A stretch of DNA of 64,000 nucleotides from the human T2T-CHM13v2.0 reference genome, Homo sapiens, in assembly GCF_009914755.1 (NCBI RefSeq), contig NC_060926.1, one strand, 5' to 3'. Positions 15,966 through 29,632 of this stretch are shown here, one piece after another; within the stretch, counting starts at the first letter, position 1; the number at the start of each line of letters is the position of its first letter. The notes under the pieces were generated by a model. That model worked only from the letters and a program-made list of their open reading frames with translations. It was not told the origin of the DNA and ran no database searches. The position numbers were made by a program, and so were the translations under genes.

Positions 15966-16660
15966 AGTCACAATTTGAAAGCTACATTATGAAAATATTA
16001 ATTGCATATGACAACTCTGAAAGAGTGGAGGTGTAAAAAGGCTTCCAGAAGCTACTGCAGTGTACTGGGTAGGAATGGCTTGTGACATGAATCTATGACA
16101 GATTTTAAACATCATTCAGATGATATATCGAAAAAAATTTAGATATATTTACTCAAGTTATACACTGCAAAGCTTCTTTACCAATGAAATTTGCCTTATT
16201 CTTTCATTCTATACTTATTTGGAAACAATTCTAGATATACAAAAACAAAAAAACATTAATAGTAAAAAGAGTTCCCATTATATACTTCATCCAGCTTCTT
16301 TTAATGTTAACGTCTTAGACAACCATAATGCAATTAAAGTATACAAAATTAACATTGATTCAATAAATATAATCTACAAACTGTGATCTGAGAGACTAAA
16401 ATAGACTTCCCTTTGTCAATCAGTGGAGACCCTTCCATTAAGACAACAAAAGTTACCTACAGGCCAAGGGTTTGGGGCTTGGCTAGCATGGCAAATCTCT
16501 AAAATCCTATGGCTACAGGAAAAACCACATCCTTGCTACACTCCCTAACAATAGGTTATCAGGTAAATTGTGAAACCCTTCCTAACTCTGATTTATAACC
16601 CAGGTCACTACAACTCTAACTGGACAAAGGACAGGACTTACAAAACACTCTTTCTCTCTA

Positions 16661-17231
16661 TTTTTTTTTTTTTAGATGCAATCTTGCTCTGTTGCCCAGT
16701 CTGGGGTGCAGTAGTGTGATCTTGGCTCACTGCAACCTCCACCTCCGAAATTCAAGCAATTCTTCTGCCTCAGCCTCCCATACAGCTGAGATTACAGATG
16801 TCACCACCAAGTCCGGCTAATTTTTTTTTTTGAGATGGAGTCTCGCTCTGGAGTGCAGTGGTACGATCTCAGCTCACTACAACCTCCACCACCCAGGTTC
16901 AAGTGATTTACCTGCCTCAGCCTCCTGAGTAGCTGGGATTATAGGCGTGTGCCACCATGCCAGGCTAATTTTTGTATTTTTAGTAGAGACGGGGTTTCGC
17001 CATGCTGGCCAGGCTGGTTTCGAACTCTTGACCTCATGATCTGCCCGACTCAGCCTCCCAAAGTGCTGGGATTACAGGCATGAGCCACCACATCCAGCCT
17101 AATTTTTGTATTTTTAGTAGAGACAGGGTTTCACCATGTTGGCCTGGATGGTCCCGAACTCCGGACCTGAAGTGATCTGCCCATCTTGGCCTCCCAAAGT
17201 GCTTTACAGGAGTGAGTGACTGCGCTCAGCC
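16661..17231 (-). mobile_element. AluS (outer), split at its A-rich linker by a second Alu
   Basis: Right arm 16661-16820, left arm 17100-17231. Degenerate TSD ACAAAACACTCTTT / ACAAACATTCTTT. Confidence 0.92.
16821..17099 (-). mobile_element. AluSg-like (inner), with ~12-bp internal deletion
   Basis: Complete Alu flanked by TAATTTTT on both sides. GACCTCATGATC shows the 2-bp-deletion diagnostic, and TCTCGCTCTG^GAGTGCAG marks the internal deletion. Confidence 0.92.
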
Positions 17232-20200
17232 ACAAACATTCTTTTTTTGATAAGTAACTGTAATCTTCAAGCCAGTTTCAGTCAGCTTATAGGGACTGTG
17301 CACAAACTGTCTTTGTGTCTTATAGTTCACCTTTTGATGTAAAGAGCCAAACCTGATTTCATTTTAATGCTAAAACCCCACCTCAAACTAAACATGGGAT
17401 TTACATTACATATATGTTTACCTATTGCCCATGCGCTTGTTTCCTCTCATAAGTACGTATAGCTTTTCCCCCAAAACTGCTGAATATATATGACCGTATT
17501 GTGTTATACAGGGCATGTGAGGCGTAAAACTCAACCTACGCTTTCTCTTCGTGAAGAGAGAGCCCATTTGATCCACGCTAGAGACTGTATCTTCTTAGTT
17601 TGCAAACTGATATAATCAATAAAACTCTCTTTTCTACTATTAAGACATCCTGTTGGTCTTTGCAATGATAAAACCTTATTTGAATTTAACCAATTTTCTC
17701 ACTAATATGCTTTTTTCTAGTTCAGGATCCGTCCAGGGTTGCAATTTCATTGGACTGTCATGGTTCCTTGCTCTTCCTTATTCTTCTTTTGTCAGTCTTC
17801 CTTTGCATTTCATGAAGTTGATGCTTTTTTTAAGAGCCAGGGATTCTATAGAATGGCCCTGAATTTGGGTTTGTCTGATGTTTTCTCATGACTAGACTGA
17901 GGTTATGCATTTTGGGCAAGACTTTCACCAAAGTTATATTGTTTCCTTCTCAGTATATCACATTGGGAGGAATATGGTTCAAGTGTCTCCAAACTGATGA
18001 TTTTACTTGGTTGAAGTGGTGTGTGCTGAGTTTTTCCAGAATGAAGTTATGACTATTCCCTGTGTAATTAACAAGCATTTTGTAGGAGGAAGTCCTCAGC
18101 CTTTCTTAAGTCTATCATTTTATCTGTCATTAAAAGTGCAGTGCATAAAAATTACAGTTATTTAACTGTCTCTATTATTTGAAGCCTTTTGCAATGCTTC
18201 CTCAAAAGTTTTTCATTTATTCATTCCATAAGTATCTTTTTAATTATTTAAGACACTCTGCATAAAATCTCACCTTCAGGCTGGTGGTCATTTATGCTGT
18301 TGACTGTAGTTGTGCCCAGGCTGATAGAAATTTGACCCCATCCTGTATAATATCTGCAGATAGGAACAGTTGTTCCAAACAGATCTTTTGGCCTGGCCTG
18401 TGATAATGATATGGGGATATAGATGATTTTCTCACCTTTTCAGTGGTGATTGCTATGGGGCTGAGGTGGGCATTTGGCTACCCTCTGTGTGAGTTCCACA
18501 TTATGAGATTCATGCACGATGAAGCAGATCAGAGATATGCAAATTTTCCTTAGACAGAATATTCTCAGATGAGCTTTTCTTGGCTGTAAATTGATTAAAT
18601 GCATTAACCCACTTAAGGAAAGAATGTGTCAGTCAGAAAGGGACCAACTAGTCTATGGAAGCACAGAGAAGAGCCACTTTACGAAACTTAGCAGCATATA
18701 CTCAAATAGGATCTAAAGGAGAGAGTTTTAGTCTCCTTTATGAAGGTTTCATTTAGGCTTGTTGCAGTCAAAACTCTAAGGACTAAAATTAACTCCTCTT
18801 GTTCGGAGCCCAGCAGAAAAACTGTGTATTTTGGATACCAACAAAACAAATTGCAAAAAGAAAAAAAAATCGTTTTAAAAGAATATGATATTTGATATTT
18901 CAATGAAGTTTTAAAAGTATTCATTATAAAAAAAAATAAAGCTTTTGTTGGACTTCTTTCACATCTTTGTAGATTTTATTGTTTATATTTTGAATAATAT
19001 AAGGGAAGTTGGGAGGCACACTAAAATGCTTGTGGCCTCTAAAGGTCTTCATCTTGCCCTGTTTTGATCACATGCTCACCAAGCAATCTTTGTGTTGTAA
19101 TTTAACTTCTCGTACAGGAGTCGTTATATGGTTTCCTGGAATGGAAAGTTGACATTAGTATTCCAGTCCGTGTAACAGCTATTTTTCCCATCATAAATCA
19201 ATAAATAGGCATTCTGGTTTTATGTATTGGTCTGTGAGCTTGTGTAATTTGAGTCAGCCACTGAGGTATGGGATACTCTAACTGAATGGCAATGTCAGGT
19301 ATCCAGGTCTGTCCATCTAAAACTAAGAGTCTGGTCAATGAAACAAAGGAAGCCCTTGCAGAAGCGTCATTTACTTCCTCTTGGAGAAAACATTTGACTT
19401 AATTTCTATTTATCAATATCCACCTACATTTGAGGATTAATTCTTCAAAATAGAAGCTTTTTCTCAAGAAAGTGCTATATGTTCATGTTTGAGAAGATAG
19501 AATAAATATTAGCACCTAGCAAGAAAAAACAATGTGGATTCCAGGTCTTTACCTGCAGGGTTGGAAACCTCTTAACTAACCTCTTAGGAGCAAGCTAAAT
19601 TAGGAAAGTAAACAAAAACAAACACTGAAGTTGTGGAAGTTAAGGTCCAAAAAGAATAATTCTTCCAATACCACTATGTAGTGTTTTGTTGTTGTTGTTG
19701 TTGTTAATCTCTCATTTCAAGGAGTTTAATATTAGAGAACAAGGTAGCTACACATGCAAAACTCATATCACAGAGATATTTTCATATCTGTAATGAAATA
19801 CAGGCTGGGAGGAGCTAGTTTCATGTAAAATAAATCCCTTGAGAAGAGCATAGACATACAGTAGAGTCAAGGTTTTTGAAGAAGGAGAGTTCGGTTAGGA
19901 AAAACGACATGACAGATTCAGAAATACTCCTCAACAGTTTGGAAACAGGGTTGAGATGTAGAAATGATCAAATGAAATTCAATACGTGTGAAAGCAAGAG
20001 ATTGCAAACCTGACAGCAATCTACAGGTGGATAATGGATGGTCTTGAAGTCATGTTTGTGATCTTGGCATTTCACAGCAGAAGCAAATGGGAGCCCTATA
20101 ATTTTCTAGGTAGTGGATGCTTGATGTATCATAAATACTCTCTTCTTTTCCCACAGAAGACAATGGTTTCTGTTAAGTGTCAAAACAGAGAGAAGGAGGT

Positions 20201-20899
20201 TCTGAAGGCAGAAAGGCAGACTAAAGTGTGGTGGTTTTTAAAAAAAAAAAAAAATGTACAATAAACATTAGGGTTTTTTTTTTTTTCTGAGTGAGTGCCC
20301 AAAAGTTTTTTTTTTTTAATTTTTTCTTAAAGGGAAATGTATTCCAGAAAGCAATGCTAATCAATCTGCAAACTTATATTGAGAACCTATTATCTGGGCA
20401 ATTAGTCAAGATGTAGAGGGGAAAGTAGGAATTGATAAAATGGAAGTCAGCCTTTAATTTGTTTACTATCTAGTTGGGGAGTAAAGATTTATACACATAA
20501 AAGGTTAACTAGAAATATAAGGCAGAATGTTAAAAATCCTCAGCAAGTGATTTCATCTCTCTGGGCCTTATTTTCTTGATCTAGAAACATAAAGCCTGTT
20601 TAAAAGTTCTAGGATGCTGAAGTGCCAAAGGAAATCCTCACACAATTAGGAGTTCAGAGAAGGGAGGAAAGTGTAAGATGGGATAACCAGGGGACACTTT
20701 TGGGGTATGAGTCCTGAAGACTAGGTAGACTGAATTTGCAGGAAAATCTGAAGGACAGAATAGTGTTTGAGAGGATGCATGAAAATAATCTTTCTCTTTC
20801 TAAAATACAAAACATAATAGCTTTTTAACATACTGCACCTACCTTGACTGTAGTTGCCTCTTAAACACCCATTTAAAAATGAACATATGTCCACTATCT

Positions 20900-21300
20900 A
20901 TTGTTCAAAACCAGACAGGTCTTTGGAGTCCCCTATGTGATTTCTCTAACCTTCTGCCCACTAATCCCCTTGACTTCCTCTGCTCCTGCCATTCCTAACT
21001 GCTCATTCTGCCTTGAACTCCAGATGTTCCTCCTGCCTTAAGCTCTTGCTTTGTGCTTCAAATGTCTTCCCAGGTCACCTTGCTTGCCTGGCAAATGCCT
21101 TCCTAATCATCCTTCAGCCAACCAGCAGGAGACACCTCTTTCTTTATGAAGTCTTTTCTACCTTTTTAGTCCCCTCTTGGAGAGTTGATTGCTTCTTCCT
21201 TTTGTCATGACTGTTGGTGCACCTACATACTTTTGTTGTAACCTCATCTCATGCCTCAACTCAATGGCTTACTTTAGTCTACCTTTACGTGTTCAGAACC
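20900..21300 (+). mobile_element. L2 fragment
   Basis: Pyrimidine-rich L2 3' region (CTTGAACTCCAG...TTCCTCCTGCCTTAAG...AAATGTCTTCCC...ATGAAGTCTTTTCT). Confidence 0.6.
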
Positions 21301-22984
21301 TCCTTCTCTCTGCTTCAACACTTAGCAGAAATTACTGCCTTTTTAGGGGGAAGAGAAGAGAGTATTTATGGTACATCAAGCATCTATTACCTAAAAAATT
21401 ACAGGGCTCCCACTTGCTTCTGCTATGAGAATAGTTCCCCTATTTTTCTGTGAGTTATCTTATGTTAGGAGTTATATGTTTAATTTGTCATTTTCCTCTC
21501 AGTGCATGGCAGTGTGCCTAGTTTATAATAGATGCTCACTGAGATAAGTACATGTGAACAAGTTAACTAAGTCCTTTGGGTGACTGTTACTTAACCCTGT
21601 CTTTTTTACCTTCAAAATTTAGACCCCATGAGTCATGTAAAGAGTAAATTAGAAATAAGTTGTTGCTATTCTTCTTTGGCCATATTTAAGTGTCTTGATA
21701 CTAGGAGTATTTGCCTTCAAAACCATGTTTCAACAATAGAGTGCTAAGTAGGCATAAATGAAAGTAAAACGAGAGCTCTGCGAAACCATGGCTTTTTTAC
21801 AAGAAACAAATTTTATGAATCATTGCCATTTTGAATTTTTACCCCAGTATTTTGTCCTAAGGGCTCTTGTTCACTAATGACTTGGAAAAAAAAAAACTGT
21901 AAAGAGAAAGTTATCAGATCTATCAATTATGCTTACCACTAACGCTATTGTCATTTTTCTCCTCACAAACGTTAAATAAAGGCCAAGTCAGATTATAATG
22001 CAGCTAACATTTTTTCTTTCAGGATAAGCAAAATAGATGCCAACTAGAGCAGAAAGTATTGCTTTTTCCCATTCTTTAATGGTTTGATGACTGCCTGGGA
22101 GGGCCTAACTAGCTTTCTGGAATCAGACAACTTTCTCACTGCCCAGGACACGTCAGGCTTGATGCCATCCCTGCCATTTGAGGATAATGAACCATCATCC
22201 ACTGTCAGAAATAAGAACTTACTTAATGAATACGAAAGCTGGCAATCATAAACAAGAAAAGTGCCTCAGCAGCATTTCACATCATTAAAACATCTCCAAC
22301 TTGATTCCTTTTTGTCCTTTTGTTACATTCTTGCTATTTCTCTAAAGATCTTAACAGATGCTTCTTACTTCAGTAAAATTTGTATCTTTTGCCCACCTCC
22401 AACATGTTCTCTCTTATTCTTTTTTAATACTCCAACCATTATAAAGTTTACAATTACATGCCTACCCAGAGTAGAGTGTTATAAATATTGGATCAATGGC
22501 CATTTTAATCTTTCCTCTCTGGCTCTTTGAAATAATCTTAAAACTACTTTGAAAACAGTATTTTAAGATTGTTTTACATAGAAATTCTATCATCCCTCAA
22601 GAAGCAGTATGGCTCCAATATTCAGATTTCACTGTGAGGCTCTTACCTATCTAATTCATATCTATTTTCAGATTTTGTTAAAAGAAATTTTACAGAGGCT
22701 ACTCACTCATATTTGGAAGAAAAACATAATCTAAGAAACAAAAGAAATGTGTGTGGAGGGGAGAAATAGGTATATAACAACTTAAAGGGTTTGAATTGCT
22801 AATTTTTAGTACTATTTTATGTAATACTTTTTGCAAGATTTAAATAGATGCATTGCAACCATTTATAAACTTCTATATGAGCAGCATACAAGGACATTCC
22901 TGGAATACAGAAAGCACTGAAATCAAATCCCAGTTTCACTTACTTCTAGGAAGATTCCCTAAGGTTTAGTTTATTCATCCAAGA

Positions 22985-23200
22985 TACAGAGCAAAAGCTT
23001 TCCAGCCAGACAGACAAGGATTAACTCCCAGTTCAATGTGGACTAACTCTTTGGGTAATATATTAAGCTTTCTGGGCTTCAGTTTTCTTCCTGTAAAATG
23101 AAGATTATAGCTGTAACTATATCATAAGGTTGTTGTGAAATGAGATAATACATTTATAGCACTTCTAACAGGACATGGTACGTGTGATGTAAGCTTTTTT
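22985..23200 (+). mobile_element. MIR
   Basis: CTGGGCTTCAGTTTTCTTCCTGTAAAATGAAGATTATAG...AAGGTTGTTGTGA. Confidence 0.8.
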
Positions 23201-23479
23201 GATTGTCGCCTACACAATGAGCATATTAATTCATACCCCATGCAATTTTTATGCGGCATAAATTAAATTACAACTAGGATTTTTGTGGGGAGTTTTAGTT
23301 TTCAAATCACTTTTCACATGTACATCAAGAACATATTGAATGTGTTCATATCCCTTATCAATAATATAATACATTAATGTGCAAATTGAAAAAAATATGT
23401 TTGACTCTTTACAGAATGACCTATAAAAATCTGTGCTATAAAATGCAAATAAATATTGTTTAAAATATGCTACAAAAAT

Positions 23480-23690
23480 AATATTTATAATACTTAACAT
23501 TTATGTGTCCATCACTATGATAAGTGCTTTATCCGCACTGCCTCATCTAATCATCATATAAGCTTTGAGGAAGGTATTGTTAGCAGTATAAAAAGCGAAG
23601 TAAATGACTCAATGCTATTCAGCTAGTTAATCATGGATGAGGCTTTGAACCCAGGCACTTTGAATCCAGTTCTTATGTGAATAACATACC
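23480..23690 (-). mobile_element. MIR
   Basis: TAAGTGCTTTA...CTCATCTAATC...CAGCTAGTTAA...TTTGAACCCAGG. Confidence 0.7.
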
Positions 23691-24124
23691 AACTTACTTT
23701 TCAGTGGTCAGGAAGTGCCTCTAAAACAAACCAGATAAACAACTCAAACTACGTGTGAAGAAAAGATATTTACTCATCTGAGTCAACTCATTGCTACTTT
23801 TTGTTTCTATTAACTTTGATATTCTGGCTGTCTTTAAGATTATATTTTTTAACTTTGGTTTTCTGTAGCTGTATATTATGATATGGCTAGGTATGGATTT
23901 CTGTTTAATTATCTTAAGATTTTTGGGTCTCCTTAAAGCCATAAAGTGGTGCCTTTCATTTCTTCTAGAAAATTCTCAGCCATTTTCATCTCAAATAATG
24001 TCTCTATCCTATTTTCTTTCTGGGACTCAAATACCTATTAGGCCTTCTTTCTGTGTCCTCCATGTATTTGACCCTATCTTCTGTAATTCCTACCATTGTG
24101 TCCCTTTATGACACCTTTTAGATT

Positions 24125-24280
24125 AATGCTTTTTACACTTAAATATGCATATAAATCACCTACAATCTTGTAAAGTGCAAATTCTGACTTAAGCCTGGGG
24201 TGAAACCTGAATTTCTACATTTCTAACATGGCCACTAGTTTGTCTGCTGGTCCATGGATTATACTTTGAGTAGAAAGAGT
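24125..24280. mobile_element. MER5A
   Basis: ATGCATATAAATCACCT...GCAAATTCTGA...CATTTCTAACA...CTGCTGGTCCATGGATTATACTTTGAGTAG. Confidence 0.7.
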
Positions 24281-24430
24281 CTATGTAACTTCTGACCTGT
24301 CTTTCTATTTACTAATGCTCTTTTCAGCAGTGTTTAATTTGGTCATCAACCCATCGATTGAGATCTCATTTTTTTCTTATTGCTTTGTTTTTAGTTCTAA
24401 AACCTCTGTTTGGTTATTTTTCAAATCTAG

Positions 24431-25282
24431 TGCCACCCAGGTAATGAGTATAGTACCCAGTAGGTAATTTTTCAACCCTTGCACCCCTCCCTGCCTCCTA
24501 TTGTACTCTCCAGGGCCTATAGTTCCTATCTTTATGTCCATGCATACCCAGTGTTTAGCTCCCACTTATAAGTAAGAACACGCAGTGTTTGGTTTTCTGT
24601 TCCTGTGTTAGTTCACTTAGGAGAATGGCCTCCAGCTGCATCCATGTTGCTGCAAAGGACATGATGATTTTGTTCTTTTTTATGGCTGTGTAGTATTCCA
24701 TGGTATATATGTACCACATGTTCTTTAAACAGTCCACTGTGGATGAGCACCTGGATTGATTCCATGTCTTTGTTACTGAGAATACTGCTGCGATGAACAT
24801 ACGGATGCAAATGTCTTTTGGGTACAATGATTTATTTTCCTTTGGTAATGGGATTTCCCAGTAATGGGATTGCTGGGTCGAATGATAGTTCTATTTTCAG
24901 TTCTTTGAGAACTCTCCAAACTGCTTTCCACAATGGATAAACCAATTTACATTCCTACCAACAGTGTCTGTGTTCCCTTTACTAAGCAGCCTCACTAGCA
25001 TCTGTTATTTTTTGACTTTTTAATCGTAACCATTTTGTCTAGTGTGAGGTGGTATCTCATTGTGGTTTTGACTTGCATTTCTCTAACGATTCCTGATGAT
25101 GAGCATTTTTTCAGATGTTTGTTGGTCACTTCTAGGTCTTCTTTTGAGAAGTATCTGTTCATGTCCTTTGCTGCTGTTTAACAGGGTTATTTGTTTTTTG
25201 CTTGTTGATTTAATTTTCTTGTAGATTCTGGTTATCAGACCATAGTCAGATGCATAGTTTGCAAATATTTTCTCCCATTCTG
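24431..25282 (-). mobile_element. L1PA15/16-like fragment (ORF2 end and partial 3'UTR, no tail)
   Basis: Antisense ORF2 C-terminus (ORF 24555-24827 ...TWNQSRC...YTMEYY...) and 3'UTR CCCAGGTAATGAGTATAGTACCC. Confidence 0.88.
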
Positions 25283-25704
25283 CAAACATAGTGAATAAGT
25301 TCATTTTTAAAATGTCTGACCATTCCAATCTGCTTTTGTTCTTTCTGCTGCTTCTTTCTAATTAATATTTTGTTGCTGTGTGTGCTCAGTTAACTTTGTG
25401 TTTGAAAAATTATCTATACGAATAATTTGAGGCTTAGAAGAAGGCTTCATTCTTACTGACAGCATTGTTGTTTACTTCTGTCATTTGTCTAGAGCCCCTT
25501 ACCAGTCTGAGAAGATTTTCCAATTGAGCAACTTGCTGCAAGTTCACATAAGACGTTTACTTGCAGTTAAAGACACCCATGAAAATATAGCTATTCAGAG
25601 GATCAGTTTAACAGACAGACTCTCCACCTCAGGTGACATTGCTTTAACTTCCGTCTTCATAGTTCCTTAAAACCATCAACATGAAAGCTCATTGCTTTTT
25701 ACAA

Positions 25705-25820
25705 AATATATACAAATTTTATTTCTCAACATAAGCTCCATCAAGGTCAAGACACTTTTTTAAGCAATGACAGCAGCCATTTAATCCATCCCCCAGAAGG
25801 TCCTGGGAATTTTCCAATGG
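25705..25820 (-). mobile_element. HSMAR2 (mariner) transposase 3'-end fragment
   Basis: TTTATTTCTCAACATAAGCTCCATCAAGGTCAAGACACTTTT...CAGCCATTTAATCCATCCC...GGTCCTGGGAATTT. The antisense resembles ...DGLNG...KCLDLDGAYVEK*. Confidence 0.8.
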
Positions 25821-26457
25821 GAGAATTCTATAGGCAAATTATCACTATGACTTGAACCTACCTCTTTGAATTCTCATCTACTCCAGGATTTTAGTCTCAT
25901 AATTGTTTGTCTCCTTAAAAGTTGTTTGGTACTTTTTAGTTTTTCCTGGATAGAATAGTTTTTCAAAATTCTCTAGCCTGTAATTACTAGAATCAAAAAT
26001 TCTGGCTACATACACTTTATCTCATATATCAATTTTTATTTTATCTTGAAGCTCAATGTTGTCTTTCCCTTGGTGTCATATCAAATCTTCTTTAAATAAA
26101 CATCTATTACTGACACTAATACCTACCCCCAGGAATTTATTAGAGATCATGGTTACAGTCCAACCCCTGATTTCGTACTCCAAAGATGTAGCAAATAGCT
26201 CTTCAACATTTCTGTTCCTTGGCCTTTTTCTAGCTACACTTCTTCCAGGAAACCCTAGTAATTCTTCCAAGTGAGGCAATTGAAGAGAGGCAATGGCTTC
26301 AAGGAGAAAGGGAGCTAGGGGCCACACAATCTTTAAAATGATCTGAGTGAGTACTAATACTTTTAGGTGAACAGATAAAAATCATCTGTGTAACAGTATG
26401 TACCTAAATAATATGCCAATTCTCTGGCTACTAATTCTCTGGATTAAGGCCACCTGA

Positions 26458-26673
<216 letters not shown>

Positions 26674-26969
26674 TAGACCTTTTATTCACTCCTCACTGAC
26701 GTGTTTCTCCTTGTGTGTTTGGGAGAAGGAAGTTTACATTATGGGGAAAATCCTGATACCTGAGGTTCACTTTCATGATAAACTTAGCAAACACTCAGGT
26801 TTTGACTCTGCCCAGTTCTGGAATAGAAGAACACTAGCAGAATTATTTTAACTTGCTTACTTCAGCAAAAGTTAGCCATTTTACCATAAGTCTGTTTCAT
26901 GTTAGAGAATTTAATTTCCATTGGCATTATTTTAAAATAATATATTTTTTATTCCATATACCGACCAAA

Positions 26970-27329
26970 TTTTTTTAATCTTTTTTTATTATTATACTTT
27001 AAGTTTTAGGGTACATGTGCACAACGTGCAGGTTTGTTACATATGTATACATGTGCCATGTTGGTGTGCTGCACCCATTAACTCATCATTTAGCATTAGG
27101 TATATCTCCTAATGCTGTCCCTCCCCCCTCCCCCCACCCCACAACAGGTGTGTGATGTTCCCCTTCCTGTGTCCATGTGTTCTCATTGTTCAATTCCCAC
27201 CTATGAGTGAGAACATGTGGTGTTTGGTTTTTTGTCCTTGTGATAGTTTGCTGAGAATGATGGTTTCCAGCTTCATCCACGTCCCTACAAAGGACATGAA
27301 CTCGTCATTTTTTATGGCTGCATAGTATT
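26970..27329 (-). mobile_element. L1PA4-like 3' end
   Basis: TTATACTTTAAGTTTTAGGGTACATGTGCACAACGTGCAGGTTTGTTAC...TTTAGCATTAGGTATATCTCC. No TSD is visible. Confidence 0.93.
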
Positions 27330-29115
27330 AAAGGAAACAGTAAACACAGGATTTCTATCTTCATCCTTGTTAGAATGATGGCATACCTTTTTAAATTTTA
27401 TTTAGCAACTGTTCATACTTACAATAAATTGCATATTACATTATATAATTAGCACTGATTTAATCAATTGTCTGCTGATAAGCCCAAAACAGATTTAATG
27501 AGTAGCAAGCCAAATATATAAATACATATACATATAATTAAATTAGTGTTTGAGAAATATTGAACATACTATAAAATAACTCATCAATTAGTCACATTCA
27601 CACACTTTTGACATGTCCACACACTTTTGACCATGAGCATACTTAATACCATTTAATACAGGATTTACTGGACCATTACATTGTGTTGAGAATGAAGCAT
27701 AAAACACGATTTCTGTCTTTAAAAGATAAAATATGATTGACATCTTGAAAAACAATATACGCACACAAATTAAGTGCGAAGAGATGAAAGGCGGCAGAGG
27801 TAAGTAGCTACATTAGGGACAGCAGATTGAGGAAATAGGTGAGGTAAATATGAGTACAGTAAAAGCTTCTGCTGGAGAGCAGTGGGACAGATGCCTGGAT
27901 GAAAAAGGAGATTTGATGTTACTAAGAACTGAAAATTTTTACCTAAGGAATTTGTATTCGATCATCTATTTTGGGGGCATTCTAAATTTCCTGGATAAGA
28001 AAAAGCACAGTAAATAAGAGTTTACAGCCATCGGAGATTTTCCCAGTATTACTGACAGAAAGTAAAGAATGAATTAGTGTTGGGCAAATCTTGAAGTAAA
28101 AAACAAAAACAAAAACAAATCGCATTCTTTTAAAAGCCAATTTTAAAAATTAAATGCCTTTACTTAAATAGGCCATGTAAAAATAACATGAAGATGTTTT
28201 CAGAAAAGGATCACCAGGCCCAATTCCTGAATATTCAGATTTAGTAAGTCTGTGAATACCTGGGAATCAGATAAAGAAATCTGGAATAAAGTAATTGTAA
28301 GAAAAAATAAATGACTGGTGCAGAATAGTGATAGTAGAAGCAGAGAAGAAATTTATCAAAAAGAGTTTCCCAAAAACAGCCTCATGAGTATTTAGATTCT
28401 GGACATGAAAAGCAAGAGAGGGAAATATCATATCAAAGATAACTTTGAAACAAGCATATAGTAGTACATAAAAAATGGTGATTGACTGAATAACTGTTTT
28501 TAACAATGAAGTTCACCTTCAGTAGAATAATATAAAAATAAATGCTTTCATACCATTAGTCCTTAAAGATATAGTGAGAATGAGAAAAAGTAAAATTACA
28601 ACAGAATAACTAGACCCCAATCTCCCCTGTGATGATTGACTGGTAATTTAATTATCGCTACTAATCAACCTCATAGAAACGAACAAACAAAAAACCTATA
28701 ATCAAGGGAGGAACTGATCACATCTAATTTCCCTAGATACACAGTTTAGCAGAGCAGAAATACCCAGGCATTATTACCAGGTAGAAATTATACCTGGCCT
28801 GATTTTGCAGAGATAATTATTTTCTTTCTAGAGGCAATCTTCAGTTTTGTTAATCTTTAAAATGGGTCACTTCTGGAAGCAATGAAGACAAATAGAAACT
28901 TTAGTGTGAAGTATATGACCATGAATCAGAACATTCCGGCTCTTTTATTAACTCCTACTGAGTGAATTCCTTTTTGGAATGAGGGAGGAATATACAATCT
29001 CACAGGCTTACCTCAAGCAAGTCTCTTATTCTTCCTCAGCCTGTTTCCTATAAAGTAAGAAAATCGAATTAAATAGTCTCTACATTTATTCTGGTTCTAA
29101 CCTTGTTTTGAATTT

Positions 29116-29632
29116 TGTTATAGAGATGGTCAGTCTGGTGCAGCCAGAAGATAAGCCAGAGGAGAGGTTCAGGAAAACAAAATTTATAATACAGGTCCTA
29201 GAGATAGGAGGCAGATCATGCCATCCACAGTCACATGGGAAAGCATCTGTGTGGTCAGGAGGCAAAGGACTGGAGTGAGCGGCATGTTTAGGGAAGAGCC
29301 TTTACGGGGGTTTCTGCAAGAAAGTCCAGGCAGGGCAGGGTGAACAGGTTAGGCTTGGCTAGTTTGAATAGTTTCTGCAGGCTCTGCACTACAGTGGTGG
29401 TTACTGTTTGTCTGGAGCCTGGCACTGCCTTGATGAAGGCAAAGGAATATTGCCTCTTGGGGTGTAAGGGTCAGACAGAGAAGGTGTGACTCTGGATTGA
29501 TTAATTTGCATATCAAAAGCATGTTCCTGGCTGGGCCCTTGCTATAACTAAGAACTGGCTCTCTCTCCTGGGAAAGGCAGTCTCTCCCTAGACAGAAAGA
29601 GTTTTTAAGATTTCAAAACATCTTAATATACA
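29116..29632 (-). mobile_element. ERVL-class LTR (MER74/LTR53-like)
   Basis: CTCTGGATTGATTAATTTGCATATCAAAAGCATG...TTGGCTAGTTTGAATA...AAGATTTCAAAACATC is the reverse complement of the family seen at 560-900. Confidence 0.7.

Larger units (their letters stand above)
16382..17670 (+). mobile_element. ERV1 MER4-group solo LTR (MER72/LTR48-like), ~710 bp without its Alus
   Basis: Starts TGTGATCTGAGAGACTAAAATAGA and has AATAAA near its 3' end. 4-bp TSD AAAC at 16378-16381 and 17671-17674. Confidence 0.8.
16215..18090 (-). mobile_element. L1MC5-like 3'UTR, interrupted by an LTR at 16382-17670
   Basis: AAATTAACATTGAT...ATCTACAAAC|CTTATTTGAATTTAACCAATTTTCTCACTAAT...GAATTTGGGTTTGTCTGATGTTTTCTCATGACTAGACTGAGGTTATGCATTTTGGGCAAG is continuous once the LTR is removed. 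Confidence 0.75.
23810..25990 (-). mobile_element. Ancient L1M (5'/ORF1 region) hosting MER5A, L1PA16 and HSMAR2 pieces
   Basis: CTGGCTGTCTTTAAGATT...CTAGGTATGGATTTCT...TCTAGAAAATTCTCAGCCATT...TTCTGGGACTC are typical antisense L1M ORF1-region motifs. Boundaries are approximate. Confidence 0.6.

Noticed and set aside
18363-18376. GGAACA-GT-TGTTCC palindrome as androgen/glucocorticoid response element
   Set aside because: The spacer is 2 nt; the canonical element needs 3.
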